From the NCBI GenBank assembly GCA_963785725.1, contig CAWAWS010000039.1, positions 64,001 to 128,000 on the forward strand: a stretch of DNA of 64,000 bases. The letters run 5' to 3'. Below are positions 22,201-32,066 of the stretch, piece after piece; position 1 is the first letter of the stretch, and each line of letters starts with the position of its first letter. The notes beneath the pieces were generated by a model that saw only the letters and a program-made list of their open reading frames with translations, searched no databases and was not told where the DNA came from. Both the position numbers and the translations under genes were made by a program. The stretch comes from an uncultured delta proteobacterium. GTDB lineage: Bacteria > Myxococcota_A > Polyangia > Palsa-1104.

Positions 22201-23001
22201 GTGGCGCTTCCCCTGTTTCCCCCGGAGCGTGATCCGGGCCCGGACTTTGTCGGCCTCCTGCGCATGACGTCGGGCCAGGCCGACACGCCGCGCCCGCTCG
22301 ACTCGTTGACGCCGGTCCAGGCGCCGCACGGCACCACCGTGGTGGCGCTGCGCTACCTCGACGGTGTGGTGATGGCCGGAGACCGGCGCGCCACGGCAGG
22401 CAACATCATCGCCCACCACGCCATGCAGAAGGTCTTCCCGGCCGACCGCTTCTCGGCGGTGGCCATCGCGGGAACGGCCGGCATGGCCATCGAAATGGTC
22501 CGCCTCTTCCAGGTGCAGCTCGAGCACTACGAGAAGGTCGAGGGCGCCACCCTCTCGCTCGAGGGCAAGGCCAACCAGCTGGCCCAGATGGTGCGCCAGC
22601 ACCTGCCCCTGGCCATGCAGGGCCTCGCCGTCGTCCCGCTCTTCGCCGGCTTCGACACCGCACGCGACCTGGGCCGCATCTTCAACTACGACGTGACGGG
22701 CGGCCACTACGAGGACACCGACTTCCAGGCCACGGGCTCGGGCGGACGCGACGCGCGCAGCACCATCAAGCTGGGCTGGCGCGAGGGCCTGGGGCGCGAC
22801 GAGGCGGTCGACCTGGCCATCCAGTCCCTCTACGACGCAGCCGACGAGGACTCCGCCACCGGCGGTCCCGACCTGGTGCGCGGCATCTACCCGATCATCG
22901 CCGTGGTGGACGCCGCCGGGTATCGCGAAGTGCCCGAGGACGAGGTGGCCGAGCGCTTCGGCGCACTGATCGCCCGCAAGCAAGCGGAGCGTGCGTCATG
23001 A
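22201..23001 (+). CDS. prcB: Proteasome beta subunit
   Basis: Propeptide followed by [19 protein letters not shown]. Confidence 0.96.
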   Translation: MALPLFPPERDPGPDFVGLLRMTSGQADTPRPLDSLTPVQAPHGTTVVALRYLDGVVMAGDRRATAGNIIAHHAMQKVFPADRFSAVAIAGTAGMAIEMVRLFQVQLEHYEKVEGATLSLEGKANQLAQMVRQHLPLAMQGLAVVPLFAGFDTARDLGRIFNYDVTGGHYEDTDFQATGSGGRDARSTIKLGWREGLGRDEAVDLAIQSLYDAADEDSATGGPDLVRGIYPIIAVVDAAGYREVPEDEVAERFGALIARKQAERAS

Positions 23002-23669
23002 GCATGCCGTACTACGTGGCACCCGAGCAGGTCATGAAGGACCGGGCCGAATACGCCCAGAAGGGCATCGCCCGTGGCCGCTCCCTCGTCGCCACGACAT
23101 ACGACGTGGGCATCGCCATCGTCGCCGAGAACCCGTCGCGCTCGTTGCACAAGATCAGCGAGATCTACGACCGGATCGCCTTCGGTGGCGTCGGCAAGTA
23201 CAACGAGTACGACCAGCTCCGCGTGGCCGGTGTTCGCCATGCTGACACGAAGGGGTACGCGTACAGTCGCGAGGACGTCGACGCCCGTTCACTTGCCAAC
23301 CTCTACGCGCAGTATCTCGGCAATGTCTTCACGCACGAGATGAAGCCCCTCGAAGTGGAGATCCTCGTGGCCGAGCTGGGCGAGGACGAGAATCAGCTCT
23401 ACCACATCGCCTACGAGGGCACGATCACCGACGAGGACCGTTTTGCCGTGCTGGGCGGCGACGCCGAGACCATCACCGAGCGCGTCGGTGCAGCGTGGCA
23501 GGCCGAGTGGGACCTCGCGGCCGCTGTCAAGGCCGCCACGACCGCGCTGGCGGGCCCGGACCGGACCCTGGCGGCCGGGGACCTCGAAGTGGCCATTCTG
23601 AGCCGGGGCAACGGGCGCCGCACCTTCCGGCGGATCGACGAAGAGGAGCTGGCACAACTGCTGGCATAG
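22998..23669 (+). CDS. prcA: Proteasome alpha subunit
   Basis: [34 protein letters not shown]. Confidence 0.96.
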   Translation: MSMPYYVAPEQVMKDRAEYAQKGIARGRSLVATTYDVGIAIVAENPSRSLHKISEIYDRIAFGGVGKYNEYDQLRVAGVRHADTKGYAYSREDVDARSLANLYAQYLGNVFTHEMKPLEVEILVAELGEDENQLYHIAYEGTITDEDRFAVLGGDAETITERVGAAWQAEWDLAAAVKAATTALAGPDRTLAAGDLEVAILSRGNGRRTFRRIDEEELAQLLA

Positions 23670-23689
23670 GCAGCTGTACGGTTGGCCTG

Positions 23690-25048
23690 GTGGAACGCCG
23701 CATCTTCGGCATCGAGAACGAATACGGGGTGACCTTCACGCTGCGCGGGCAGCGTCGCCTCAGCCCCGACGAAGTGGCGCGCTACCTCTTCCGCCGCGTG
23801 GTCTCGTGGGGGCGCTCGTCGAACGTGTTCCTGGAGAACGGCGCCCGCCTCTACCTCGATGTCGGCAGCCACCCCGAGTACGCCACACCCGAGTGCGACA
23901 AGATCAGCGACGTCGTCGTGCACGACAAGGCGGGGGAGTGGATCCTCGCCCAGCTGGTGACCGGGGCGCAGGCGCGCCTGCGCGAGGAGGGGATCCGAGG
24001 CGAGGTCTACCTCTTCAAGAACAACACGGACTCCGTGGGCAACTCCTACGGCTGCCACGAGAACTACCTGACCGAACGAAACGACGAGTTCAACCGTTAC
24101 ACGGAGGTGCTCATCCCGTTCCTGGTCTCGCGCCAGATCTACGCCGGTGCGGGGAAGGTCCTGCAGACGGCGCGGGGCGCCGTCTTCTGCCTGAGCCAGC
24201 GCGCCGAGCACATCTGGGAGGGCGTCTCCTCGGCCACCACCCGCAGCCGGCCCATCATCAACACACGGGACGAGCCGCACGCAGACGCCGAGCGGTTCCG
24301 TCGCCTGCACGTGATCGTCGGCGACTCCAACATGAGCGAGTACGCGACCTTCCTGAAGATCGGGACCACCTCCATCCTCTTGGCCATGCTGGAGGACTCC
24401 TCGACGGTGCTGCGGGACCTGACCCTGGAGAACCCCATCCGGGCCATCCGGGAAATCAGCCACGACATCACCTGCCAGCGCCGCGTGCGCCTGGCCAACG
24501 GCCGTGAGATGCGCGCACTGGACATTCAGACCGAGTACCTCGAACGCGCGTTGAAGTTCCGGGACAGGCGCGGACTCTCGCCCGAAGAGGACCGTGCGCT
24601 CGACATGTGGGAGCACTGCCTCAAGGGCCTGGAGGCGGACCCGACATCCCTGTGGCGAGAATGCGACTGGGTGGCCAAGCACCGCCTGGTCGAGCAGATG
24701 CGGGCACGCCACGACGTGTCCCTCTCGCACCCGAAGGTGGCGATGATCGATCTGATGTACCACGATGTGGACCGGAGCCGCGGGTTGTTCTACAAGTTGC
24801 AGCAGCGCGACGAAATGGAGCGGACGTGCACGGACGACGCCATCACCGAGGCGATGACCAAGCCTCCCGAGACGACCCGGGCCAGGCTGCGGGGCGCGTT
24901 CGTGAAGCGGGCCAAGGAGCGCCGGCGGGACTTCACGGTCGACTGGGTCCACCTCAAGCTGAACGACCAGGCTCAACGCACAGTGCTCCTGAAAGACCCG
25001 TTCAAGTCACACGACGAACGGGTGGAGCGGCTCATCCAGTCCTTGTAA
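23690..25048 (+). CDS. pafA: Pup--protein ligase
   Basis: [34 protein letters not shown]. Confidence 0.96.
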   Translation: MERRIFGIENEYGVTFTLRGQRRLSPDEVARYLFRRVVSWGRSSNVFLENGARLYLDVGSHPEYATPECDKISDVVVHDKAGEWILAQLVTGAQARLREEGIRGEVYLFKNNTDSVGNSYGCHENYLTERNDEFNRYTEVLIPFLVSRQIYAGAGKVLQTARGAVFCLSQRAEHIWEGVSSATTRSRPIINTRDEPHADAERFRRLHVIVGDSNMSEYATFLKIGTTSILLAMLEDSSTVLRDLTLENPIRAIREISHDITCQRRVRLANGREMRALDIQTEYLERALKFRDRRGLSPEEDRALDMWEHCLKGLEADPTSLWRECDWVAKHRLVEQMRARHDVSLSHPKVAMIDLMYHDVDRSRGLFYKLQQRDEMERTCTDDAITEAMTKPPETTRARLRGAFVKRAKERRRDFTVDWVHLKLNDQAQRTVLLKDPFKSHDERVERLIQSL

Positions 25049-25070
25049 CTGCACCGTAGAGTGAAGGCAC

Positions 25071-25580
25071 ATGTTGAATCTCGACCCAGGCAAGCTGCTC
25101 GTGATCGGCGTGGTCGCCATCATCCTCCTGGGCCCTGATCGCCTGCCCCAGGTGGCCCGCCAAGTCGGGGGCGCCTGGCGCTCCTTCAACGAATTCCGGC
25201 ACCGCATGGAGTCCGAGGTGCGCAACACCATGCCCGATCTGCCCCCGACCTCGGAGATCGCCCGCCTGGCCCGCTCGCCGTCGGCGCTGCTCAACCACCT
25301 CTCCAACATGTCCACCGACGAGGCGCCGGACGGCTCGTTTCAACCACCGACTCCGGTGTCCGAGAACGGCACGGCCGCGGCCGCCGCGGCTGTCGCCGAT
25401 GCAGCCCCTCCGCTCGACCCCGCCTGATGCGGGAGCGGACGCGCAGGCCGACCCAGCAGCGCAACCGCGCCACCCGAGCCGGCGCCGGCGCCGGAGCCGG
25501 CGCCGAACCACGTCGAACGCCCGCAGCGGGCCCCCCAGCCGTCCGGCGTGGTCGTTCCCGGCGACCCGACCCTGAACTGA
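25071..25580 (+). CDS. tatB: Tat translocase TatB-like subunit; premature stop at 25427 probably from compensating indels
   Basis: TM followed by GPDRLPQVAR; Pro/Ala-rich tail resumes in frame and ends DPTLN. Confidence 0.8.
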
Positions 25581-25591
25581 ACGGCACAACC

Positions 25592-26393
25592 GTGGTCACG
25601 CTTCCCTTCACGGGCAAACGGAAGAGCCGTCCGTCCCCGGACAACATGACGCTGGGGGAGCACCTCGGCGAGCTGCGGCGGCGCGTGATCATCTGCGCCG
25701 TCGCCTTCGTGGTCGGGGCCACGATCGCCGTCTTCGCCTACCAGCCCATCCTGAACTTCCTGCTGCATCCGCTCTGCAGCGTGGACGCCTCGACGCGCGC
25801 ACCACACGGTGAAGGGGTCGCTCTCGGTGGCGACGAACGGGAGCTGCAGCCTGTTCGTGACCTCGCCCCTCGACGGGTTGTCCCTGCGCGTGAAGATCGC
25901 CCTCTTCGGTGGTCTCGTCCTGGCGTCGCCGGTCATCCTGTTCCAGATCTGGCGCTTCGTGACCCCCGGCCTCAAGGCGACCGAGCGGCGCTACGCCATC
26001 CCGTTCGTGCTGAGTGCCTTCCTGCTCTTCCTCCTCGGCGCTGCGACCGCGTACATCACCCTCCCGCATGCACTGGGCTGGCTGAAGTCCGTGGGCGGCC
26101 CGAACCTGCAGACGATCTACGACCCGATCCCGTATCTCGGCCTGATCATCTTGATGATGACGATCTTCGGCTTGACCTTCGAGTTCCCGGTCGTCCTCGT
26201 CTCGCTCGAGCTGGCACGCGTCGTGACGCCGGCGCGCCTGCTCCGCTCCTGGCGCTGGGCGGTCATCATCATTGTGGTGGTCGCCGCCGTCTTCACCCCG
26301 AGCTCGGACCCGTTCTCCATGTTCGCGCTCGCCCTCCCGCTCGTCGTCTTCTACTTCCTCTCCATCGGCATCGGGAAGCTGCTCGGGCGTTGA
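25592..26393 (+). CDS. tatC: Tat translocase TatC, frameshifted near 25805
   Basis: MTLGEHLGELRRR, QIWRFVTPGL, FEFPVV, TPSSDP. Confidence 0.93.
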
Positions 26394-28516
26394 CCGCTTT
26401 CCCATGGCCCGTCCCGGAGACGGCCGGGGCGGCGGAATTCGAGGCCGACCTGCCCTTCGCCCTCGACGAATTTCAGCACGAGGCGTTCCAGGCATTGGAC
26501 TCCGGGCACTCGGTGCTGGTGTCGGCCCCCACTGGTTCCGGCAAGACGCTCGTGGCGGCCTATGCCGTCCACCGGGCACTGTCGGCCCAAGGAAAGGCCT
26601 TCTACACCACGCCCCTCAAGGCACTCTCGAATCAGAAGTACTGGGAGCTCGTCGCGTCCTACGGGGAGGAGCATGTCGGCCTGCTCACCGGCGATACGAC
26701 CTTGCGCCCGAGAGCGCCGGTCGTCGTCATGACCACCGAGGTGCTGCGCAACATGTTGCTGGCGGGTTCCGATCTCCTCGAGGGCCTGCATACGGTGGTG
26801 CTCGACGAGGTCCACTTCATTCAGGACCCCTACCGGGGCGGGGTCTGGGAGGAGGTCCTCGTGCTGTGCCCGGCCGAGGTCCGCTTCGTCTGCCTGTCCG
26901 CCACCGTCAACAACGCCGACGAGCTCGGCGGCTGGTTGCGCTCGGTGCGCGGGGACACGTCAGTGATTGTGGAGCGGCAACGCCCCATTGTGCTCCGGCA
27001 CCATTTCGCCGTCTATCGACGGGAAGACGAAGAGACGCTGCTCTGCCCGCTCCTGCACGACAACGGGCAGCCAGGCGGCGAGGGCCTCCGCATCGACCAG
27101 GCGGTACGGAGGGCGTTGCAGGGAGGCCGGTCGGCTCACTGGCAGGGGAGGGGCAGAGGACCGCGCCTACCCTTCCGCGCGCCGCGGCGCACCGAGATGG
27201 TCGAGGAGCTCGGCCGGCGCGAGATGCTGCCGGCCATCGTCTTCATCTTCAGCCGCGCCGCCTGCGACGACGCGGTGCAACAGGTCGTACGCGACGGCGT
27301 CCGCCTCACCGACTCCACCGAGCGCGCCGCCATCCGTCAGGTGGTCGAGCGGCGGGTGGAGCCACTCGACGACGACGACCTCCAGGTGCTGGGCTACGAC
27401 GAGTGGCTCGAGGGTCTGGAGCGCGGCGTGGCCGCGCACCACGCGGGCCTGGTCCCGGTCTTCCGCGAAACGGTGGAGGAGTGCTTCGCGGCGGGATTGC
27501 TCAAGCTCGTCTTCGCCACCGAGACGCTCTCGCTCGGCATCAACATGCCGGCCCGTTCGGTCGTCATCGAACGCTTCACCAAGTACGGCGGAGCCGGGCG
27601 GGCCACGCTGACCTCAGGGGAATACCTGCAGCTCACTGGGCGTGCCGGGCGCAGAGGACTCGACGAAGAGGGCCATGCCGTCGTCGCCTGGTCCAGCGAG
27701 ACCACGTTCGCGGAGGCCGCCCGGGTCGCATCGGCCCCTCCGCCCAACCTGCGGTCGGCGTTCCGGCCCACCTACAACCTCGCGGTCAACCTTGTCTCCC
27801 GCTTCGACCGGGAGACGGCCGGCGCCGTGCTGCAGCGCTCCTTCGCCCAGTGGCAGGCCCGCACACCCGATCTGCTCCTCCAGCAGCTGGAACACCGGGT
27901 CGCCGTGCTGGAGCGGATGGGGTACCTGGAGGACTGGAGCGTGACACCCTCGGGCCATGGGCTCTCCCGGATCTACCACGAAGCCGACCTCCTGATCGCC
28001 GAGGCACTCGGTGCCGACGTCCTGGCCGGGGCCGAGCCCGCCGTGCTCGCCGGCGTCCTCTCGGCCGTCGTCTTCGAGCCGCGCCGGGCCCGCCGGGTCC
28101 CGGGCCAACAGGGGCCCCGGCGGGAGAAGCAGCGCAAGCCGCTTCAGGACCGGCTCGGCGACAAGCGCCGCGCCGAATTGGCCTCGCGCTGCGATGCGCT
28201 CACCGTCCTGGCCGAACGCATCCGGATGATCGAGGAGACGCACCTCGTGCCCCGCACCCGCCAGCCGGCCCCCGGCCTGGCGACGGCGGTGGCATCGTGG
28301 GCCCGGGGGGCCTCCTTCTCGACCGCCCTCGGCGTGGCCGCACGCGACGTCGGGGAGCTGGCGCCGGGAGACTTCGTCCGGACCATGAAATCGGTGGCCG
28401 ACTTGGCCCAGCAGGTCTCCCACTCGGCGGTCGACACCGAGGTCGCGACCGCCGCCCGCGAGGCCGTGAACCAGGTCCTCAGGGGCGTCGTCGCCGGGGG
28501 CCTCCCGGGCGCCTGA
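26390..28516 (+). CDS. helY: Ski2-like DEVH helicase (HelY)
   Basis: APTGSGKT, KALSNQK, DEVH, LSAT, HHAG, GRAGRRG; DSHCT-like GDFVR C-terminus. Confidence 0.92.
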   Translation: MTAFPWPVPETAGAAEFEADLPFALDEFQHEAFQALDSGHSVLVSAPTGSGKTLVAAYAVHRALSAQGKAFYTTPLKALSNQKYWELVASYGEEHVGLLTGDTTLRPRAPVVVMTTEVLRNMLLAGSDLLEGLHTVVLDEVHFIQDPYRGGVWEEVLVLCPAEVRFVCLSATVNNADELGGWLRSVRGDTSVIVERQRPIVLRHHFAVYRREDEETLLCPLLHDNGQPGGEGLRIDQAVRRALQGGRSAHWQGRGRGPRLPFRAPRRTEMVEELGRREMLPAIVFIFSRAACDDAVQQVVRDGVRLTDSTERAAIRQVVERRVEPLDDDDLQVLGYDEWLEGLERGVAAHHAGLVPVFRETVEECFAAGLLKLVFATETLSLGINMPARSVVIERFTKYGGAGRATLTSGEYLQLTGRAGRRGLDEEGHAVVAWSSETTFAEAARVASAPPPNLRSAFRPTYNLAVNLVSRFDRETAGAVLQRSFAQWQARTPDLLLQQLEHRVAVLERMGYLEDWSVTPSGHGLSRIYHEADLLIAEALGADVLAGAEPAVLAGVLSAVVFEPRRARRVPGQQGPRREKQRKPLQDRLGDKRRAELASRCDALTVLAERIRMIEETHLVPRTRQPAPGLATAVASWARGASFSTALGVAARDVGELAPGDFVRTMKSVADLAQQVSHSAVDTEVATAAREAVNQVLRGVVAGGLPGA

Positions 28517-28563
28517 GCCCATCCGCCACCGTCGCGTCACCCTCGTTCTATGGTTACCCGGGC

Positions 28564-30203
28564 ATGTTCCCGTACTCCGAAGAGCGGTTCACGGCCGACG
28601 AGGAAGCCGTGCTCCGCCGCTATGTCACCAACCTCGACCAGCCGGTGTTTGCCCTGGTCAACCTGCCTGAAGTGGTCAAGGGAGCGCTGTTCGCACGCTA
28701 CTCCCGATCGCCCAAGAGCCTCCGCCGGCTCTTCCTCGACGAGTTCGTCGGGGAGCTCGACATCTCCGGGGATGCCACCGTCGACGCCACCGTCGGGCTG
28801 GCACGCGCAGAGCAGCTCTACGAGAAGGTCTTCGTCGAGTACGGCGACGATTCGGTGGCCCAACTCGGCGGCGTGCACCTCGCCTGCGAGCAGGCGTCCA
28901 ACGTGCTGTCGAAGATCCTCGAATGGGGACGCCTCATGGCGTACCTCGAGCAGTCGACGCGCTACATCGCCTATAACCAACGGCTCGAGAACGGCCAGTA
29001 CCGCTACTTCCGCCCCCCTGAGATTCTCGACTCGGCGCACGGAGCGCGCTTCGTCGGGGAGATGGACCGCGTGTTCGACACGTACGGCGCGCTCCTGCCT
29101 CGCATGCAGGCATGGGTGGCCGAGCGCTTTCCGCAGCAGGCCGGCGACAGCGACTTCGTCTACCGTCAGGCCACCCGCGCCAAGTCACTCGACGCCTTAC
29201 GCGGCCTGTTGCCCGCGGCGTCCCTGTCGAACATCGGCATCTACGGGACTGGGCAGTCGTACGAGCAGTTGCTCCTGCGCATGCGCGCGCACCCGCTTCC
29301 CGAAGCACGCCATTACGCGGACATGATGCTGACGGAGTTGCGCAAGGTGATCCCGTCCTTCCTCCAGCGCGTCGACGTTCCCGCGCGCGGAGGTGAGTGG
29401 TCCGAGTACCTGTCGTCGACCCAGGAGCGCACGTCCCGTCTGGTGTCGCGCTTGTGGCCCGAGCTCGGTCCGCTCGATTCACCCGGACGCGGCGACGGGG
29501 CTGAGCCGGAAGTCACGCTGGTGGACTTCGACCCCGACGGGGAAGAGAAGGTCCTGGTCGCAGCCTGTTTCTCACACCTGGGCTGCAGCGAACGGGAAGC
29601 GGCCCGCAGGGTCCGGCTGCTGGGTCACGAAGACCGGGTGGCTTGTTGGCGGCGTACGTGGGCGACCGGCGCAACCGCCGGCACCGGCCCGGTCGTGCCT
29701 TCGAGCGGACCGACTACCGCTTCGAACTCGTCACCGACTACGGCGCCTTCCGCGACTTGCAGCGTCACCGGATGCTCACCATGGAATGGCAGCGTCTGGG
29801 CATCTCACTGGGGTACGACATGCCCGAGCTCGTTGCCGATGCGGGGCTCGCCGACCGCTACGACGAAGCAATCGACCGGGCTGAGGAGCTCTACCGCTCG
29901 TTGGTGCCGGACTTCCCCGAGCAAGCGTCGTACGTCGTCGCGCTCGCGCACCGCATCCGTTACGTCATGCAGTTCAACGCGCGCGAGGCCATGCACCTCA
30001 TTGAGCTCCGGTCCGGAGCCCAGGGTCACCCCGCGTACCGGAGGGTCGCGCAGCAGATGCACAGGGCGATCGCCGAGGTCGCCGGCCACCGGGCCCTGGC
30101 CGAGGCCATGACCTTCGTGGACCACGGAGCCACCGACCTCGAGCGCCTCGAATCCGAGCGCCGGGCCGAGCAACGGCGCTCCGAAAAATCTGCAACGCAT
30201 TGA
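28564..30203 (+). CDS. thyX: FAD-dependent thymidylate synthase, tandem Thy1-domain type, frameshifted near 29642
   Basis: ALFARYSRS, YGDDSVAQL, EQSTRY, RDLQRHR, ELRSGAQGH. Confidence 0.85.
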
Positions 30204-30284
30204 CCAGGAACTACCGTCGTTCTCCCTGGTGGGGGCACCCCTTTGCACCTTGACGACCCCACCCCCGATTTGCCTAATGTACGG

Positions 30285-30470
30285 CGCAGTCCCCGACGCC
30301 CCTGAGGACGCTGCGGATGCGCAAGGGCGCTAACGCACAGCTGCAGGTGGGGATGCTGTGAGAGGCGGTGGTTGGCCCTGGGGGTCGAGTAGAGAACGTG
30401 TCGCTAGCCTGGCCCGCCCAGGCTGTGAGATGGCGCCAAAGACCCCAGGGCCCTCCCGCCCCGCCCTCCC
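30285..30470 (+). ncRNA. Candidate structured non-coding RNA of unrecognised family
   Basis: Upstream TTGACG-19 bp-TAATGT (30250-30280). Nested stems ggccctggggg-tc/ga-ccccagggcc and agcctgg/ccaggct. Separate promoter-like element before the next gene. Confidence 0.45.
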
Positions 30471-30514
30471 GATTCCCCTCCCCGACGCCGGCGGGGGTTC
30501 CCCATTCATAGCGA

Positions 30515-30542
30515 TTGAATGGTCTCTCGAACCGTCTATGCT
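30515..30542 (+). promoter_or_regulatory. Putative promoter of the DUF4193-like gene
   Basis: TTGAAT-16 bp-TATGCT, 11 bp before the ATG. Confidence 0.4.
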
Positions 30543-30553
30543 CCCGCGGCACA

Positions 30554-31066
30554 ATGCCCAGTAAGAAGAAGGCCAAGGCCGAAGAAGCGGTGGCAGAGGC
30601 CCCCGAAATAGAAGATGAGGAAGTCGCCGAGGACGAAGACCTCGACGTCGACATCGACGACGCGGATCTCGAAGTTGACGCTCTCGAGGACGACGATGAC
30701 GACATCGCGGACGTGGTCGACGTCGACGAGGAGGACGACGCGGAGGTCGACGAGGTCGACGAGATCCTCACGCCGTCGCCCGCCGCCGTGGTCGAGAAAT
30801 CGGGTGACGGCGACGACGAGGAGGAAGAGGAGGAGCCCGACGACGAGGACGTCGAGGCCAGCCTGGACGTGATCCTCAAGGAGCGGCTGGTCGTCGAGGA
30901 CGAACCCGAGGACGAAGAGGCGACCGATCAGGAGGACAAGACCGAGGGCAACGAGCGCGTCCTGCCCAAGCAGCCCGACGAGTTCGTCTGCCGTTCGTGC
31001 TTCCTGGTCAAACACCCGAGCCAGCTGGCAGACGCAAAGAAGATGCTCTGCCGGGACTGTGTCTGA
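30554..31066 (+). CDS. DUF4193-like acidic protein with a C-terminal Cys4 zinc motif
   Basis: Very Asp/Glu-rich; VLPKQPDEFVCRSCFLVKHPSQL...CRDC. Confidence 0.85.
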   Translation: MPSKKKAKAEEAVAEAPEIEDEEVAEDEDLDVDIDDADLEVDALEDDDDDIADVVDVDEEDDAEVDEVDEILTPSPAAVVEKSGDGDDEEEEEEPDDEDVEASLDVILKERLVVEDEPEDEEATDQEDKTEGNERVLPKQPDEFVCRSCFLVKHPSQLADAKKMLCRDCV

Positions 31067-31601
31067 CGACGGTGACCCCGATGGCGGGCCGTCGCACAAG
31101 AACCCGCTCCGCCGTGGCTTCGACGTGTGGGTCGCGACTCCGATCGGCCTCGCCGTGTCGGTAGTGGAGGAGCTCCCGGAGCTGATCGCTGAAGGCCGAC
31201 GCCGGCTCGAGCTCCAACTGGGCAACGCGCTCTTCGTGGGGCGCTTCGTGGTCAACCAGAAGCAACGGGAACTCGCGGCGCGCCTGGACGGGCTTCTGAG
31301 CAACGGTGCGCAGCAGAAGGTGACCGACGCCGACGGCGCCGCCGAGCCAGCGCCTGCGCCGCCAGGCCCGGAGCGACCGGCTCCCGATCCGGCGGCCGCG
31401 GCCATCGTCGGCGGTGCCCTGGCCGACTACGACACGCTGAGCGCCTCCCAGGTGGTCCGGCGGCTCGAGAGCCTGGGCCCCGAGGAGCTCGACGCCGTCC
31501 GGCGCTACGAGGCCTCCACCCGCAATCGTCGGACGATTCTCAACCGGGCCGGTCAGCTGCTCGACGAGCAGTCGAGCGGACCGCCCGCCGGGGCCGGGTA
31601 G
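31059..31601 (+). CDS. Hypothetical protein with a lipid-droplet-associated-protein-like C-terminal domain
   Basis: YDTLSASQVVRRLESL...YEASTRNRRTILNR. Confidence 0.7.
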   Translation: MSDDGDPDGGPSHKNPLRRGFDVWVATPIGLAVSVVEELPELIAEGRRRLELQLGNALFVGRFVVNQKQRELAARLDGLLSNGAQQKVTDADGAAEPAPAPPGPERPAPDPAAAAIVGGALADYDTLSASQVVRRLESLGPEELDAVRRYEASTRNRRTILNRAGQLLDEQSSGPPAGAG

Positions 31602-31606
31602 GAGCG

Positions 31607-32066
31607 ATGGAGCTGGCCCGGCCAGCCCGGGCCGATGACCGACAAGCCTGTACCCGCCTGCTCTCCCAGGCTCTCGTGGCCGCCGAAGCCATGCGGGGAG
31701 GCGCTGCCCTGGTCGGCGACGCCACCACGGTCACCTTGCTGGACCGCTGGACCGAGCCCGGAGACACCGCCCGCCTGCTGGTGGGGGAGTACGAAGGGGT
31801 GGTGGTCGGCCTCCTGGCCGTCACGGCCTCCCCGGGTCCCCGAGGCCTCGTGAACGGGCTGGTCGAGTGCTGCTACGTCGAGACGGGAGCCCGCGGCGTC
31901 GGGGTCGGCACGGCCCTCATGGACGCCGCGGTCGACTGGTGCGACGGAGAGGGGATGTTCCAGCGTGGATGCGCTGGCGCTTCCGGGCGACCGGACCACC
32001 AAGCAACGGCTGGAGGCCGCCGGATTCTCGGCCCGCCTCCTGACCCTCAGCCGCCGGTTGGACTGA
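31607..32066 (+). CDS. GNAT acetyltransferase, frameshifted in a G run near 31952
   Basis: YVETGARGVGVGTALM; alternate frame gives DALALPGDRTTK...GFSAR. Confidence 0.8.

Noticed and set aside
25425..25427. In-frame TGA in tatB as recoding or selenocysteine
   Set aside because: It lies in a low-complexity tail and is explained by two compensating indels; no SECIS or functional rationale is evident.
25427..28516. Apparent TatC-helicase fusion (1029-aa ORF)
   Set aside because: The TatC frameshift near 25805 causes read-through into helY; the linker is off-frame sequence.
26272..30111. 1279-aa ORF and many other long overlapping or antisense ORFs
   Set aside because: Shadow frames of high-GC genes (Arg/Pro/Ala-rich, no motifs); only the ThyX part from 28564 is real.
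30277..30333. 18-codon ORF MYGAVPDAPEDAADAQGR as a leader peptide
   Set aside because: The ATG lies inside the putative -10 element, with no RBS and no regulatory codon run.
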